Shown here in pieces: positions 42,238 to 52,547 of a stretch of DNA of 64,000 nucleotides. The notes below the pieces were generated by a model. That model worked only from the letters and a program-made list of their open reading frames with translations. It was not told the DNA's origin and ran no database searches. The DNA is from Diplonema japonicum (Eukaryota > Protista > Euglenozoa: Diplonemea), in contig OZ025696.1 of NCBI GenBank assembly GCA_964019335.1, positions 1 through 64,000 on the forward strand, in the 5' to 3' direction. How positions within the stretch are numbered: the first letter of the stretch is position 1; each line of letters begins with the position of its first letter. The translations under genes were made by a program, and so were the position numbers.

Positions 42238-43932
42238 CTACAATATAATCTCTTCGGCGGCAGTGGCCAACTGCAGCAGCCCGTTGATTTCAGGGACCTT
42301 CTTTGCCTCGCTGCGCTGGCTAATCGCCTGTGCCTTGTCAAAGTTTCCGAGTAGGCAGTGCCGTCCCGCTTCGTTGTAGTCCTGCCACTCATCATTCAAT
42401 TCGTACATCCACTCCATGTTGCTGGTGGCACGTGACATGTCGTTGGAAGACAAGAGAAGCTCGTACAGCAGCTCAGGCTTCGTAGGCTGCAAGCTGTCTG
42501 CACTAAAGAGAACCCTCTTAGGGATGATGCGAAAAGGAAAGCTGAACGTGGCGTCGTTGTACACAACACCTGACGTGACCACCTTGAAGCCGCGGCTGCA
42601 GCAGAACTCCTCAATCTTCGCTGCTAGCGTGCTGAACGAACTTATATAGGTGTACGTCAGCAGCTCGGGGCATCCCAGTGACCCGTAGTACGCAGCTCCA
42701 GAAGCGATCCCCATGGAGGCTTTGAAGCCCTTTGCAACACTCATTTGTTCTATAGCCGCGCATGCGGTCACCGCCTTCAGGCAATGTGAGTGGCATCGTT
42801 TCGTGGCGTTGAAAGTACAATGCACATGATCACCCACCACGACAGACACCACCCCGCTGCACGGGAGTAATGCCTCAAGCACAGTAGACATATATGTCGA
42901 ATATGTCTGCTGATAGGATGACTTGTCGGTACTAACGAGCTGCTTGCTGCCGCTCATGTTCACCACGCTGAACGTAATATTCTTCTTTTCGATGCCCACC
43001 GGTGAGGATAGAGAACTGCCGCTGCGTGCCACTGATGCCCGATTCCCCCCCAACATGGTCTCGTCCTCATCGGAGTCCACCTCACCGTACAGGCATCCTT
43101 GCGGAAGGTACGGCTTGTAGACATGCAAGTTTTCTAGGATATCAGTAAAGGCTGCATGAAGAGGCCCTGACATGTTGCTCTTACTGATGGCGGCATCGGC
43201 AGACTCAAGGTCAAAGACCGAGAGGGCCGTTGCCACCTCCTCTGCGGCCTTGATCACTGAGAGCATCTTCATGTGCTCATTATAATATCCAGTGGCAAAC
43301 CCAGACGTCATGTAGTAGTCAAGTAAGAAGACAACTATCTGCCCCATAACGGTGATGACGGCCTTCCCCCCTCTTGCGCAAGGTGGGTTATCGCAGGAAA
43401 AGGCTGCTGTCTTGTGAGAGTCGTCGCCGAACAAGGGCAGGTCGTAGAATCCAAAACGGAAGCCGTCCTCTAAGGAGATCACGATGAGCCACAAGCATAC
43501 GGCACGCACAAACGCTTTGCTGTAAGAAGGCCGCACCCTGAGCAGCAGGCAAATATCGATGATGATAATGAAATAAGACCACGACCGCAGGGAGGGGCGC
43601 GCCACTGAAGCAACGAGGTCAAGGTACAGGAAGGATACGCTGAGACCCGCCATCGACAACATTATGAAGTGTTCAGTTGCCGTCTTTGTTAGTAGAAGAT
43701 AAGGAATACCCACTAAGGAGGTGGCCAAGGCGGGCATGGCATACCACCCATAAAAGGTGCTCGTGTTGAGCGTGCGGTCAGAATTGCTAGCAGTGTAAAG
43801 CATTGCAAAAAATGAAACCAAAGCAACGGTTAGATGTGTTAGGAGCATGAACTTCTTTCGTTGAACTGTAAGCTCAGAATCGTCATCGCGCCTGACGTGC
43901 TGGTACAAGTAGGTGAGAAGCCTCTCCAGCAT
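42238..43932 (-). CDS. Multi-TM class III nucleotide cyclase-like protein (degenerate)
   Basis: WSYFIIIID, YDLP..C.NPPC, NLHVYKPYLPQ, VGDHV, EWMYEL. Confidence 0.8.
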   Translation of the reverse strand: MLERLLTYLYQHVRRDDDSELTVQRKKFMLLTHLTVALVSFFAMLYTASNSDRTLNTSTFYGWYAMPALATSLVGIPYLLLTKTATEHFIMLSMAGLSVSFLYLDLVASVARPSLRSWSYFIIIIDICLLLRVRPSYSKAFVRAVCLWLIVISLEDGFRFGFYDLPLFGDDSHKTAAFSCDNPPCARGGKAVITVMGQIVVFLLDYYMTSGFATGYYNEHMKMLSVIKAAEEVATALSVFDLESADAAISKSNMSGPLHAAFTDILENLHVYKPYLPQGCLYGEVDSDEDETMLGGNRASVARSGSSLSSPVGIEKKNITFSVVNMSGSKQLVSTDKSSYQQTYSTYMSTVLEALLPCSGVVSVVVGDHVHCTFNATKRCHSHCLKAVTACAAIEQMSVAKGFKASMGIASGAAYYGSLGCPELLTYTYISSFSTLAAKIEEFCCSRGFKVVTSGVVYNDATFSFPFRIIPKRVLFSADSLQPTKPELLYELLLSSNDMSRATSNMEWMYELNDEWQDYNEAGRHCLLGNFDKAQAISQRSEAKKVPEINGLLQLATAAEEIIL

Positions 43933-44150
43933 GGCAACCCTTTCCTACGTGTGGTATTGAGCATTTCGTTAAAAAAAAAAACAAAAAAAAAATAAAAGTC
44001 CGTATTTCTTTTTGTACGTATGCCGTGGGTAGAAACCCTCTTATGGCAAGAGGGTTAAGATACAGAAGAAAAAAAAAAAAAACACACTTTTTTCTTTTTC
44101 TTTTTCCTTTTCTCTCCTTTTTTTCTGCACAGAAAAAAAAGAATCTCACC

Positions 44151-44585
44151 TCAAGACTTCTCCTTCTCTTCTTCCTGCTCCTCTTTCCAATCCGCCACCA
44201 GGCTTATGAAAGCTTCGTAGCTGGCTGCAGCAAGAATGGCTGCAAGGATTTGTTTGTTCGTCTGGTAGTATAATTGTAGGGGGCAGAAGGAAGAAAAAAG
44301 GGAAAAAAAAGGGAGGAAAAGCTTGCATACCGCGTTTTCTTGGTATTCTTCTTCACACCTTTTGTAAAATTCGAGGTCAGTGATTCCTTCTTTTTTGCAG
44401 AAGATCTTCAAGCAGCTTTCTAACACGTTGCTGAACATGTCAAAAAGCTCCTTGTTTCGGTGTGTTTGTTCACCATCGCCCACAACCACCTCTTTTCCAT
44501 ATGTTTCCAGAAAGGAGTCCAAGTCATCCTGCAGCGTTCCCTCCATGTACCAAGCTGCCACTCGTTCCATGAACCCTTCAGCCAT
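44151..44585 (-). CDS. BART (ARL2-binding/CFAP36-like) domain protein; exons 44585-44331, 44261-44151
   Basis: GEQTHRNKELFDMF...LE..L..F...GI...F and ILAAASYEAF motifs. Confidence 0.75.
   Translation of the reverse strand: MAEGFMERVAAWYMEGTLQDDLDSFLETYGKEVVVGDGEQTHRNKELFDMFSNVLESCLKIFCKKEGITDLEFYKRCEEEYQENAVCKLFLPFFSLFSSFCPLQLYYQTNKQILAAILAAASYEAFISLVADWKEEQEEEKEKS
44262..44330 (-). other. 69-nt stop-free, in-frame intron (GTATGC...CCAG)
   Basis: Pyrimidine-rich insert that adds an implausible FLPFFSLFSSF peptide inside the BART domain. Confidence 0.8.
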
Positions 44586-45374
44586 TTTCTGCTATCCTCG
44601 CCCCCCCTCCTTGGTGTGGTAACCATAAAAAGAAAAAAAAACAGTAGCCATAATACACAGAGAATCAAACGTTTGCACCAGAAAACAAAATAAGAAAAAA
44701 AAAAACAAGATGTACACAAGGCTTAGAAGGGAAGATATAAAAAAGAAAATGAGCAAAAAGAGGAGACTATTCCGCGACATAATGTTCACCCCCCTCCCCT
44801 CCCTCCCCTTTTTTTTGATCTGCGAATCTTGCAAAGCCTATCGGGGGAGGGGGGGGGGGGGGGGGGGATTTGGTTCTGCCAATTTCTTTTCCAGTGTTTT
44901 TTTTTTTTTTCTTCTTTGCACACAAAAAGAAGAATGCACTACGTAAGATTCCCTTAAAGCGGATTCTTCAATCGTTGCCAACAAAAGGCAGACCCAGCAG
45001 ACCCAGGGGGATAAATGCGTGCCGTGTCGGGTGTCGAAAACCCGGAAACATGTTGCAAAGGAAAAGAAAAATATATTTAAGTAAAAGGAAGTCTTGGTGA
45101 GACGCCCGTCGCGTTCCCCCACCACAGCCAGCATGTATTGATGGGTCTTCTCGAGCCGGTCCTCGACCTCCTTGGCTGCTTGAAAAAAGAATTCTAAAAT
45201 GAAAAAAAAAACCCCTTTAAAAAGAAATCTGATGTTAAAAAAAAAAAACCACCCTGTCTTAAAACCAAAAGAAAAGAGATGAGATAAAGGTTCCTGTTTT
45301 GGAACGTCCCCCTTGTCTCGACTTATCTACCCCTTTCTAAAAAAAAAAAACAAATTCGCTATGATGGTTTCCTT

Positions 45375-48161
45375 TTACACATCTTTGAACAGCAAGAAGG
45401 CCGACTCATGTGCTTGCAGACTGTGTGCAGTATAGGAACCTGTTGCGGCAGGGATATCGGAGTGAGACCACAAATCACGCATCTGAACAGCACGCGAGGG
45501 AGGAATGCCCAGGGTGGACCATGAGACTGTGATGCTCTGCGTGGTGTTAGCGTTGTTCAGCAGCAGGACCGCTGTGTCGTTGGTGCTAAGGGGCTTTGTC
45601 CAGATGAGTAAAGTATCATTAGAGGGGGTAACCTGCGAACTCACCAAGGTCCCTTGCACCGCTTCGCCACGGCCTAGGTCCTGATTGACTGCGAGCACTT
45701 CACTGTTGCTCAAAATTTCCATTGTGACAGCCGATGCATGTAAAAGATCGGTCCCTACCATAATGGGGGACGTCATCACCGCCCACAGCGACATCTGTGA
45801 CTTTGCCTCTACAACGGACACACCGTAGTTCCCCACTTCTAGCATATCGGCGTTGTTGTAGTGTCCCGGTCTGGCCACGGTCGCATATTGGTTGTTGTGA
45901 AGGGCCTTGAAGATTATCTGCTGCCAGTTGGCTTGTATGTCCCCGCCCCCGTTGGTCCAGATGTCTGTCACGTTCCTGATCCACTCTGCAAACGTCGGCT
46001 CCGACTCTGCGCTCATGTCGACACTCTGCACGATGTACTGCCCGCCGTCCGCGTAGCACTTCTGGAACCCTTCATGGAACAACTCCCATGTGGCGTTTGC
46101 TTCTTTTGCTTTCTTCCCCCAACACACATCGATCTTCAGGTAGTCGATGCCCCAGTCGCAGTATGTCTGTGCGTCCAGCGTCTCGTACCCGTACCCTCCA
46201 GGGCGCATTTGGCATGTATATTCTGACCTTGCTGTGTACACACCGAACTTCATCCCCTTCGAGTGTGCGTAGTCGGCGAGGTACCGCAGCCCGCTGGGGA
46301 ACCTTGCTGGGTCCGGGACGATGGTGCCGCTTGCGTCGCGCGACGCCTGCCAACAGTCGTCGATGTTGACGTACTCGTACCCCGCAGCGTGCAGGCCGCT
46401 GTCCACCATGGCATCGATCACGTCCTTGATCACAACCTCATCAATGTTGCAGTGGTAGTAGTTCCAACTGTTCCACCCCAAGGGCGGCAAAAGGGGCTTC
46501 TCAGCTCGCTGGCGCTTCGGTTTCGCCACCAGAGGCTTCAGAGGTATTTCGGCAGTTAGATTATCCAGGAATGGACTCGCAGGAAGCCCGTCGCTGTTCG
46601 CGAGCTTGCACCCTACAAAGTTCGACCAAGCGTATCGAACAGCAGTGCTCGCGGGGGCCTGCAAAAGGGTCACGGTGTTGTTTGTGATCAGTGTGCTCCC
46701 CTTGGCCACACGCATCCAAGCACCGTTCGCAAACACTTCAAACGGTGCTTCCTTCTCGCAGCACATTGTGCAGTTTGTGACGCTCCCATTGCTGTTCAAG
46801 GACTGCACATCAACAAGAGACATCGCGACAGCGCTGTTGGCGTCAAAGGTCAGCTTCACATTGGAGCCCAACAGCTCGCTCTTCAAGAAAACAGGCCCCG
46901 TGAAGTAAGAATCCCAGGCGTAAGGCACAGGACCGCCGTTCATGTTGTTCATCCTACCCTGCACACCGTAGGCCACATGCACTGCCTGCATGGCCATCCT
47001 CCTTGCGGCCTCGTTTTTGTTGGGTGGCTCGTTGTACCCCAACGTGCTGTTGCCACCAAGATCGATCCCAACAGCAAGGCCTGTGATTGCGATGCTGCCG
47101 TTCACATGCGGCAACGTCTCCAGCTGCGCAGCACGCACATCTGGCGTTCCTGTACTTGCATCGGAACCGGCAGGTGCCGACGGTGGGAGTTGCATGGTGA
47201 TGAAGGGAAAATCCCCTGTGCCCTTCGACACCCTCCACGCACCGATCATAGCCTTCAAGTAGCACGCGTACGAGTCCGTCTTTGAATACGGCAGCTCCTG
47301 CTCTGCGTTGAGCGCCCCTTGGTACCACAGGGCAGCTCTTAAGGTGATGTGCCTAAAAGGGTGGATCATGGCATTGTAAGCTGCAGAGGGCTGCATCGAA
47401 GGCCCAACAGCAGGGACGGGGGGGTACTGCGGGCAATCGGAAAAGGCACCCGATGGCATCCAAGACTCGATGCGTGAGCTGCTAGAGGCGCTAAGAATGA
47501 TACCGACGGGCTTGGATGGCACGGAAGGGTTGAGGTTGTGGATCTGAGTGATATCACGTGAGGTGAGGTAGCACACAGCGCTGAACTCCTGTATGAAACT
47601 AGGGTAGGCCTGGGCGACAGTGAGCCACTGGAGGCATCTTCCCTTCGGGTCTGGGCAATTGCCGCCTTTTTTGAAGTCAAAGAGCGGTGTGTCAGAGTAG
47701 GCTTGGGGGGTCATGAAAAACCGGAAGTTTGCGAAGTCGACACCTGTGAGGGAGGAGGCCTCCTGGGTGCTGTTGAACGCCAGCTTCAAGGGGTACAGCA
47801 TGTCGGCTCCGCCACTGCAGAAAAACACATCACCGTACAGCATGTCGTTGGCCACGGCTGGAGGGCCGGACTCGCCCTTCACTGTGATGGTGCTGGGTGG
47901 CTTGTTCATGCCTTCAGGGTTCAGAGTTACGGCCCATTCCCCCTTCTCGTCGGCTGTCACCGTGTACGTAGAATTCGCCGTCTCGATGACAACCTTCTCG
48001 TTGGGATCCGCCATCCCGTTCAAGTATGATAGATACCCGCTCTCCCTGTTGGACTGCAGCACCATGTTGTCCTGGAACCATGTAGGCATGCTGACAGCAG
48101 CATCGCTCGGCACCACTCCGCACCCGCAGAGAAGCACCGCACAGATCACCTTCGAAGACAT
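45375..48161 (-). CDS. Secreted sialate O-acetylesterase-like domain fused to GH27 alpha-galactosidase/NAGA
   Basis: Signal peptide; FQDNMVLQ, GDVFFCSG, LWYQG, VRYAW, LPASPF; then PPLGWNSW, NIDDCW, YLKID, NADMLEVGN. Confidence 0.9.
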   Translation of the reverse strand: MSSKVICAVLLCGCGVVPSDAAVSMPTWFQDNMVLQSNRESGYLSYLNGMADPNEKVVIETANSTYTVTADEKGEWAVTLNPEGMNKPPSTITVKGESGPPAVANDMLYGDVFFCSGGADMLYPLKLAFNSTQEASSLTGVDFANFRFFMTPQAYSDTPLFDFKKGGNCPDPKGRCLQWLTVAQAYPSFIQEFSAVCYLTSRDITQIHNLNPSVPSKPVGIILSASSSSRIESWMPSGAFSDCPQYPPVPAVGPSMQPSAAYNAMIHPFRHITLRAALWYQGALNAEQELPYSKTDSYACYLKAMIGAWRVSKGTGDFPFITMQLPPSAPAGSDASTGTPDVRAAQLETLPHVNGSIAITGLAVGIDLGGNSTLGYNEPPNKNEAARRMAMQAVHVAYGVQGRMNNMNGGPVPYAWDSYFTGPVFLKSELLGSNVKLTFDANSAVAMSLVDVQSLNSNGSVTNCTMCCEKEAPFEVFANGAWMRVAKGSTLITNNTVTLLQAPASTAVRYAWSNFVGCKLANSDGLPASPFLDNLTAEIPLKPLVAKPKRQRAEKPLLPPLGWNSWNYYHCNIDEVVIKDVIDAMVDSGLHAAGYEYVNIDDCWQASRDASGTIVPDPARFPSGLRYLADYAHSKGMKFGVYTARSEYTCQMRPGGYGYETLDAQTYCDWGIDYLKIDVCWGKKAKEANATWELFHEGFQKCYADGGQYIVQSVDMSAESEPTFAEWIRNVTDIWTNGGGDIQANWQQIIFKALHNNQYATVARPGHYNNADMLEVGNYGVSVVEAKSQMSLWAVMTSPIMVGTDLLHASAVTMEILSNSEVLAVNQDLGRGEAVQGTLVSSQVTPSNDTLLIWTKPLSTNDTAVLLLNNANTTQSITVSWSTLGIPPSRAVQMRDLWSHSDIPAATGSYTAHSLQAHESAFLLFKDV

Positions 48162-48245
48162 CTTGCTTCTTACTGGACTTGATGGTAAAGCGAGCAAACA
48201 AAAAAAAAAGAAAACATCAAAAAGATATATATAGGAAAGCTCTAA

Positions 48246-49190
48246 TTAACGTGAAGGAGACGGAGAGCCCGACGGCGGTGGCGAAGGTACAGACGATGTA
48301 GGTGAAAATGGCGGTGGCTCTACTGTGGAAGTAGGGGAAGCAGACGGGGGCGGAGGAGGTACCGACGAAGTAGTTGGCGAGGCTGCAGTCTCCGGAGATG
48401 GTGCTGGAAGTGAAGGAGATGGAGACATCGTGGGCGCGTCACCCTCTGAATGTGCCTCGCTCTCCTGGAAGGTGACTGCTTTGTAGGGTACCCTTCTGCA
48501 CACTGCACTGTATATTACGAGAAGGCCCGCAGCATAACTGCTATGAAAAGTGTTGTACTTCTTTACCATCTCTGACATGACAGCTGCCTCTTTGCCCTTC
48601 GCAAGGTTGAGGACAATGTTCAATGTGGCGAGCTTCTCCGGGTTGTTCTCCTCGTAAAAGGAGCGGAACCTCTCCTCCCATATGGGGTTCGGGCGGGTAG
48701 GGCCTTCGAACTTGTGGAGAATGCTGCTGAACAACTCGTTCTCTCTGCCGTTATGAGACAGCAGTAGAGCTTCAACAGAACCAAGTTGATGAGGTGCATA
48801 ACGTCGTAGCAGGGCCCGTAGGGTGGCCCTGTGGTGGTTTGCTCTGGAAGAGGACATCACCTGCAGCCGTTCCTTCTCGGCTTTTACCTGTTCCATGCCT
48901 TCGTCGAGCTTTGCAAGCGACCTTTTTATTTCCTCCCCTCCACTGAGGCCCTTTCCTCGTTCAGGAGACCAAGCTTTTTCTTGAAACCTCGTTGTTGTTC
49001 CTGTTCTCGCCTGCTGGAGTGCCTCATAGTACCGCTTCTCTGCTCCTGCGGTGGCATGGCCCGATTGTACACGTGGCTGTAGATGGTGTTGTTGTCTACT
49101 GACCTCCACCCTCCAGTTGTCAACTTCTTGTGGAGTCAGCATTCGTATATTTTCTTCCCTCTCTATGTGTTTTTGAAACGGGTGGTTCAT
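48246..49190 (-). CDS. Hypothetical protein with two helical repeats (FY...NP.KL....L....G.E..L...+..KY) and Pro/Ser-rich tail
   Basis: 314-aa ORF with coding composition and an internal repeat. Confidence 0.65.
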   Translation of the reverse strand: MNHPFQKHIEREENIRMLTPQEVDNWRVEVSRQQHHLQPRVQSGHATAGAEKRYYEALQQARTGTTTRFQEKAWSPERGKGLSGGEEIKRSLAKLDEGMEQVKAEKERLQVMSSSRANHHRATLRALLRRYAPHQLGSVEALLLSHNGRENELFSSILHKFEGPTRPNPIWEERFRSFYEENNPEKLATLNIVLNLAKGKEAAVMSEMVKKYNTFHSSYAAGLLVIYSAVCRRVPYKAVTFQESEAHSEGDAPTMSPSPSLPAPSPETAASPTTSSVPPPPPSASPTSTVEPPPFSPTSSVPSPPPSGSPSPSR

Positions 49191-49864
49191 GAAAATCTTT
49201 ACTTAAAAAAAAGAATAGGAGGTGCGATCGAGATAGTAGATTAGAAAGCAAAAAGGTTACAGTGCGCGAGAGGTTGCAGAACCGATCATCGTCATAAATA
49301 ATAACATGGCATAGACATATTCTTTTCTTGTTAGTTTCTTAGTTCGCTATTGAAGGTGAGGGGAGTTGAAAGGGAAAGAGAATCCCAAGTTCCCGCTAGT
49401 TTGCCTTTCCTTTGCCGCGATGCACAACGTCTGCAAAGCCACAAAACTAAAGTAAGGAAAAAGAAGCAAAAAAAAACCCAAACCATAAAAAACAGAGTTT
49501 TTCATGATCCGCTTCTTATCGAGAACTGTAAAAAAAAGGAACAAATATATAAATGTAGAAAAAGAAAAGAAAGGTCTATGCATAGAAAACTTACCGCACC
49601 CGAAAAGCCAGGGGCTAAGGGGCTTCAAAAATAAATAAACGAATAGAGCGGTGGTAAAAAAAGAAAAAAAGAAAAAAAGAAATGAGTCACGAATCCTGGC
49701 ACTGGAAAAAAAAAAAAAAAGCTCAAAGTGCAGGACAAACCCCCTCATGGAGGGCCGCCCTTTAATCCTGGCACTGGAAAAAAAAAAAAAAAGAAGGGAG
49801 AATAGACAAGTTAGTATTCCTTGTTCGTTCGCTGCCCCTCAAAAAAATCGCATATTGATTTAAA

Positions 49865-50377
49865 TTAAAGCGACTCCACTTCCTGAGGCCGGGGGCATAA
49901 TACAGGGGCGTCTTGTTTACAGGACAAGACACAGCAGAAGCACCCCATGACAAACCCAGACAGGCAAAGCACACCTGTGGCACAAATAGTGTATACACCC
50001 TTGCTCATGTTGTTCCAAAGGTGATCGTCGTCGTCACTGTGCTCATAGGTGGTGTGCAAGACGACAATGAAAGGGATGATGAGCACTACGCCAAGAACAC
50101 CAAACCCAAACATCACCCGCTTGCATATGGTGTCCTGATGGTAGCTAATGACAGCAAACAGGACAGCACACCCTGCAACGCACGTTACCATTCCTGCCAG
50201 CATGAACCACCCTCCTGTGCTGTTCTGCACACCACCTGCCCATAGATACAAAGCTGTCCAGATGAGTACGTACCCCACAGTCACAACACCCAACGCTATT
50301 TTAAACCATCGATGATTGGGTCTTGTGGCCTGCGGCAGTGCATTCTTATCTACGTCGCTGGCAGGGGTTGCATCCAT
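49865..50377 (-). CDS. Four-TM membrane protein with Cys-rich C-terminus
   Basis: Four hydrophobic segments; ATG preceded by a pyrimidine-poor leader; coding GC content. Confidence 0.7.
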   Translation of the reverse strand: MDATPASDVDKNALPQATRPNHRWFKIALGVVTVGYVLIWTALYLWAGGVQNSTGGWFMLAGMVTCVAGCAVLFAVISYHQDTICKRVMFGFGVLGVVLIIPFIVVLHTTYEHSDDDDHLWNNMSKGVYTICATGVLCLSGFVMGCFCCVLSCKQDAPVLCPRPQEVESL

Positions 50378-50421
50378 GTGGCGCTTTTCCTTTTTTTTTA
50401 AAATTTATTTTTTTATATTTA

Positions 50422-51672
50422 CCGGATTTGTATTTATATTGTTATGTGAAAAGTCCCAAATTGGGCAAGAAATTCGAAAAAGGTACATAATATCTACAGA
50501 ACACCATTAAAACAGAACATAAAATTTACAAAAATAAAAAAAATCCCAGAAAATATCCCTAAAAATATATAATCCCAAGACAAAAACAAACCGGTGAGGG
50601 GGGGTGGTATTACCGCAATTCTAGTTCACTATTGCCCAGTCCTGCACGTAGCACACCACATAGTCGCAGGACGGGCAGACCCTCCCGCGGGTGCTCATGT
50701 CATGCTCACCAGAGCATTCCGTGCACTTCCTGGTCTCTCCTTTCTAACCTGCTTGAGGGTTGCGTTGCAGTTGGGACAGGGCACCCTCGTCACGTTGTTC
50801 GCTGGCTTGGGGTCACCTGGCTTGGTCTTGGGGCTGGGCTTCTTGGTCAGGCATTTCTTCTTCTTCTTCTGCTTCTTCGTCAGAAGAAGGCGCATCAGAA
50901 ATGGCCAGCCTGCTGAACATCCGGGTCTTCGGTGCTGGTTCCGGGTCGACTGACAGTCCCAATGGCTCCAATGGATCAATCTCCATCGGGTCAACTCCTG
51001 CATCTGCATCCAGCACTTCTGCCCGACCTCGGAAGGCGGGGGCAGAGGGCCAGGCGAGGGTGCAGGAACGTCCTCAGTGGGCGGGGGCACGGATGCAGAC
51101 CCGGGTGGGGGATCGTTAAAAAGGTAAGCGAACCCTGCCCGGATTGTGGCTTCTGTTAGCTTGCGGTAAGCCTCAACACTCCAGGCAGGAATAAAAGGAC
51201 GCATAATCTTTGTCCTTTTGTCAACCTCTAGCATTGCTGATTTTGCAATCTGTGAAAGTTTCGGGGCAGCAGGCTGGCAACAGAAGCAACGGGACCGGCA
51301 ACAGAAACCACAGGACCGGCAACAACAGAAGCACCAGGCGCGGCTACAGGACTAACGGGAACAGAAGCCGGACCAGTAGAAGTAAGAAGGGCTTCTCTTC
51401 TGTGTCTTTTCCGCCCTTTCTTTATCTGGGCCTTCAGGGCGTCCGCGTACCTTGTTTTGAAAATGGAAACCAAAAAGTAGATCTTGTATACCAAACGTGA
51501 CTTTGATTTTAGTGGGGCCTGTCCGGGGATCAGGCCAAAAATAATAAAAATAGTTTTTTGTATTGTTAAAAGTCCCAAGTTGGGTCCAAAATCCGAAAAA
51601 GGTACATAATTTATACAGTACACTAAATTCCCAGACCATTATTAAAACTGAACAATATAAATACAAATCCGG
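50422..51672 (-). mobile_element. Non-autonomous Tc1/mariner-pogo-like element (22-bp TIRs, TA flanks)
   Basis: TA|CCGGATTTGTATTTATATTGTT ... AACAATATAAATACAAATCCGG|TA; internal frameshifted ORF (AW...TIRAGF, acidic tract, CxxC pairs). Confidence 0.85.
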
Positions 51673-51956
51673 TATTGAAAAGAGAAAAAAAAAAAACTGG
51701 AAAAAAAAAAAAAAAGGTGTAATCGGAATGAAATAAATACAAAAAAAAAAAGAGTCGGTCGATTGTTTGTGCGGGGGCCGTTTTCACCTACACCAGCTGC
51801 CCATTGAGACAAAGCAGTCGAGATCGGCACATACCCCACACAGCTTGTTACCACCGGATCACCGCAAATGGTGGCTGCACATCGACATGTGGGATCGAAC
51901 CCTAATTCCCCTGGGGTGTATCACTCAGAAATCAGTGAGTCAAAGAAAAGATAGCA

Positions 51957-52547
51957 CTATCTACGCAATCCAACAACATGCAAGATGTAGTTAAACCACA
52001 CCTGGTACACAGGCATCGTGCTCACCTTGTTCTGCTCATCTTGTACACCTTGTTCTGTAAGGTAGTGCTGCAAGTCGTTCGGGGATGTGAAATGCCGTGT
52101 CTTGCCCCTGTATGGCTCGATGCAGGCGCTGAGCTGCGTGGCGTAGTCCCCCCTGCCCTCGTAAAGAAGCCATCTCGTAAATTCCCAATTGAGGTTCTCA
52201 ACACACCCCTGGGGCACATCTGGCCGTGCGACCCCACGGTATCTCAACCAACGCCGCCCAGCTCTGTACAGGCACAAGAATCTATTAAAGTCAAGAAACA
52301 GCACGACGTCCGCCTGCTCCAACCGGGCACACATATGGAACGTCATGTAGTTCCCCTCGATCACCCAGCTGTCATTCTTCAAGAAGTCCGCAACGAGCTG
52401 ATTCGCCTCATCCCTGTCTCGGTATTCCCAGCCAGCAGTGAACTGTACGGAGTCGAGGTGCAAGAACGGGATGCCGTGGTGGCCCGCAAGCTGCCTAGCT
52501 AAAGTTGACTTCCCACATCCAGAGTGCCCCAGTATAGTGATTTTCAT
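51957..52547 (-). CDS. flaR: FlaR-like (topology modulation/adenylate kinase-like) P-loop protein
   Basis: MKITILGHSGCGKSTLARQL, LHLD, WVIEGNY, RLEQADVVLFLD, RPD...GC.E; 3' end uncertain. Confidence 0.8.
   Translation of the reverse strand: MKITILGHSGCGKSTLARQLAGHHGIPFLHLDSVQFTAGWEYRDRDEANQLVADFLKNDSWVIEGNYMTFHMCARLEQADVVLFLDFNRFLCLYRAGRRWLRYRGVARPDVPQGCVENLNWEFTRWLLYEGRGDYATQLSACIEPYRGKTRHFTSPNDLQHYLTEQGVQDEQNKVSTMPVYQVWFNYILHVVGLRR

Noticed and set aside
49692-49795. Duplicated AATCCTGGCACTGG(A)n; also a 13-bp tandem at ~38160-38193
   Set aside because: Ordinary local slippage duplications.
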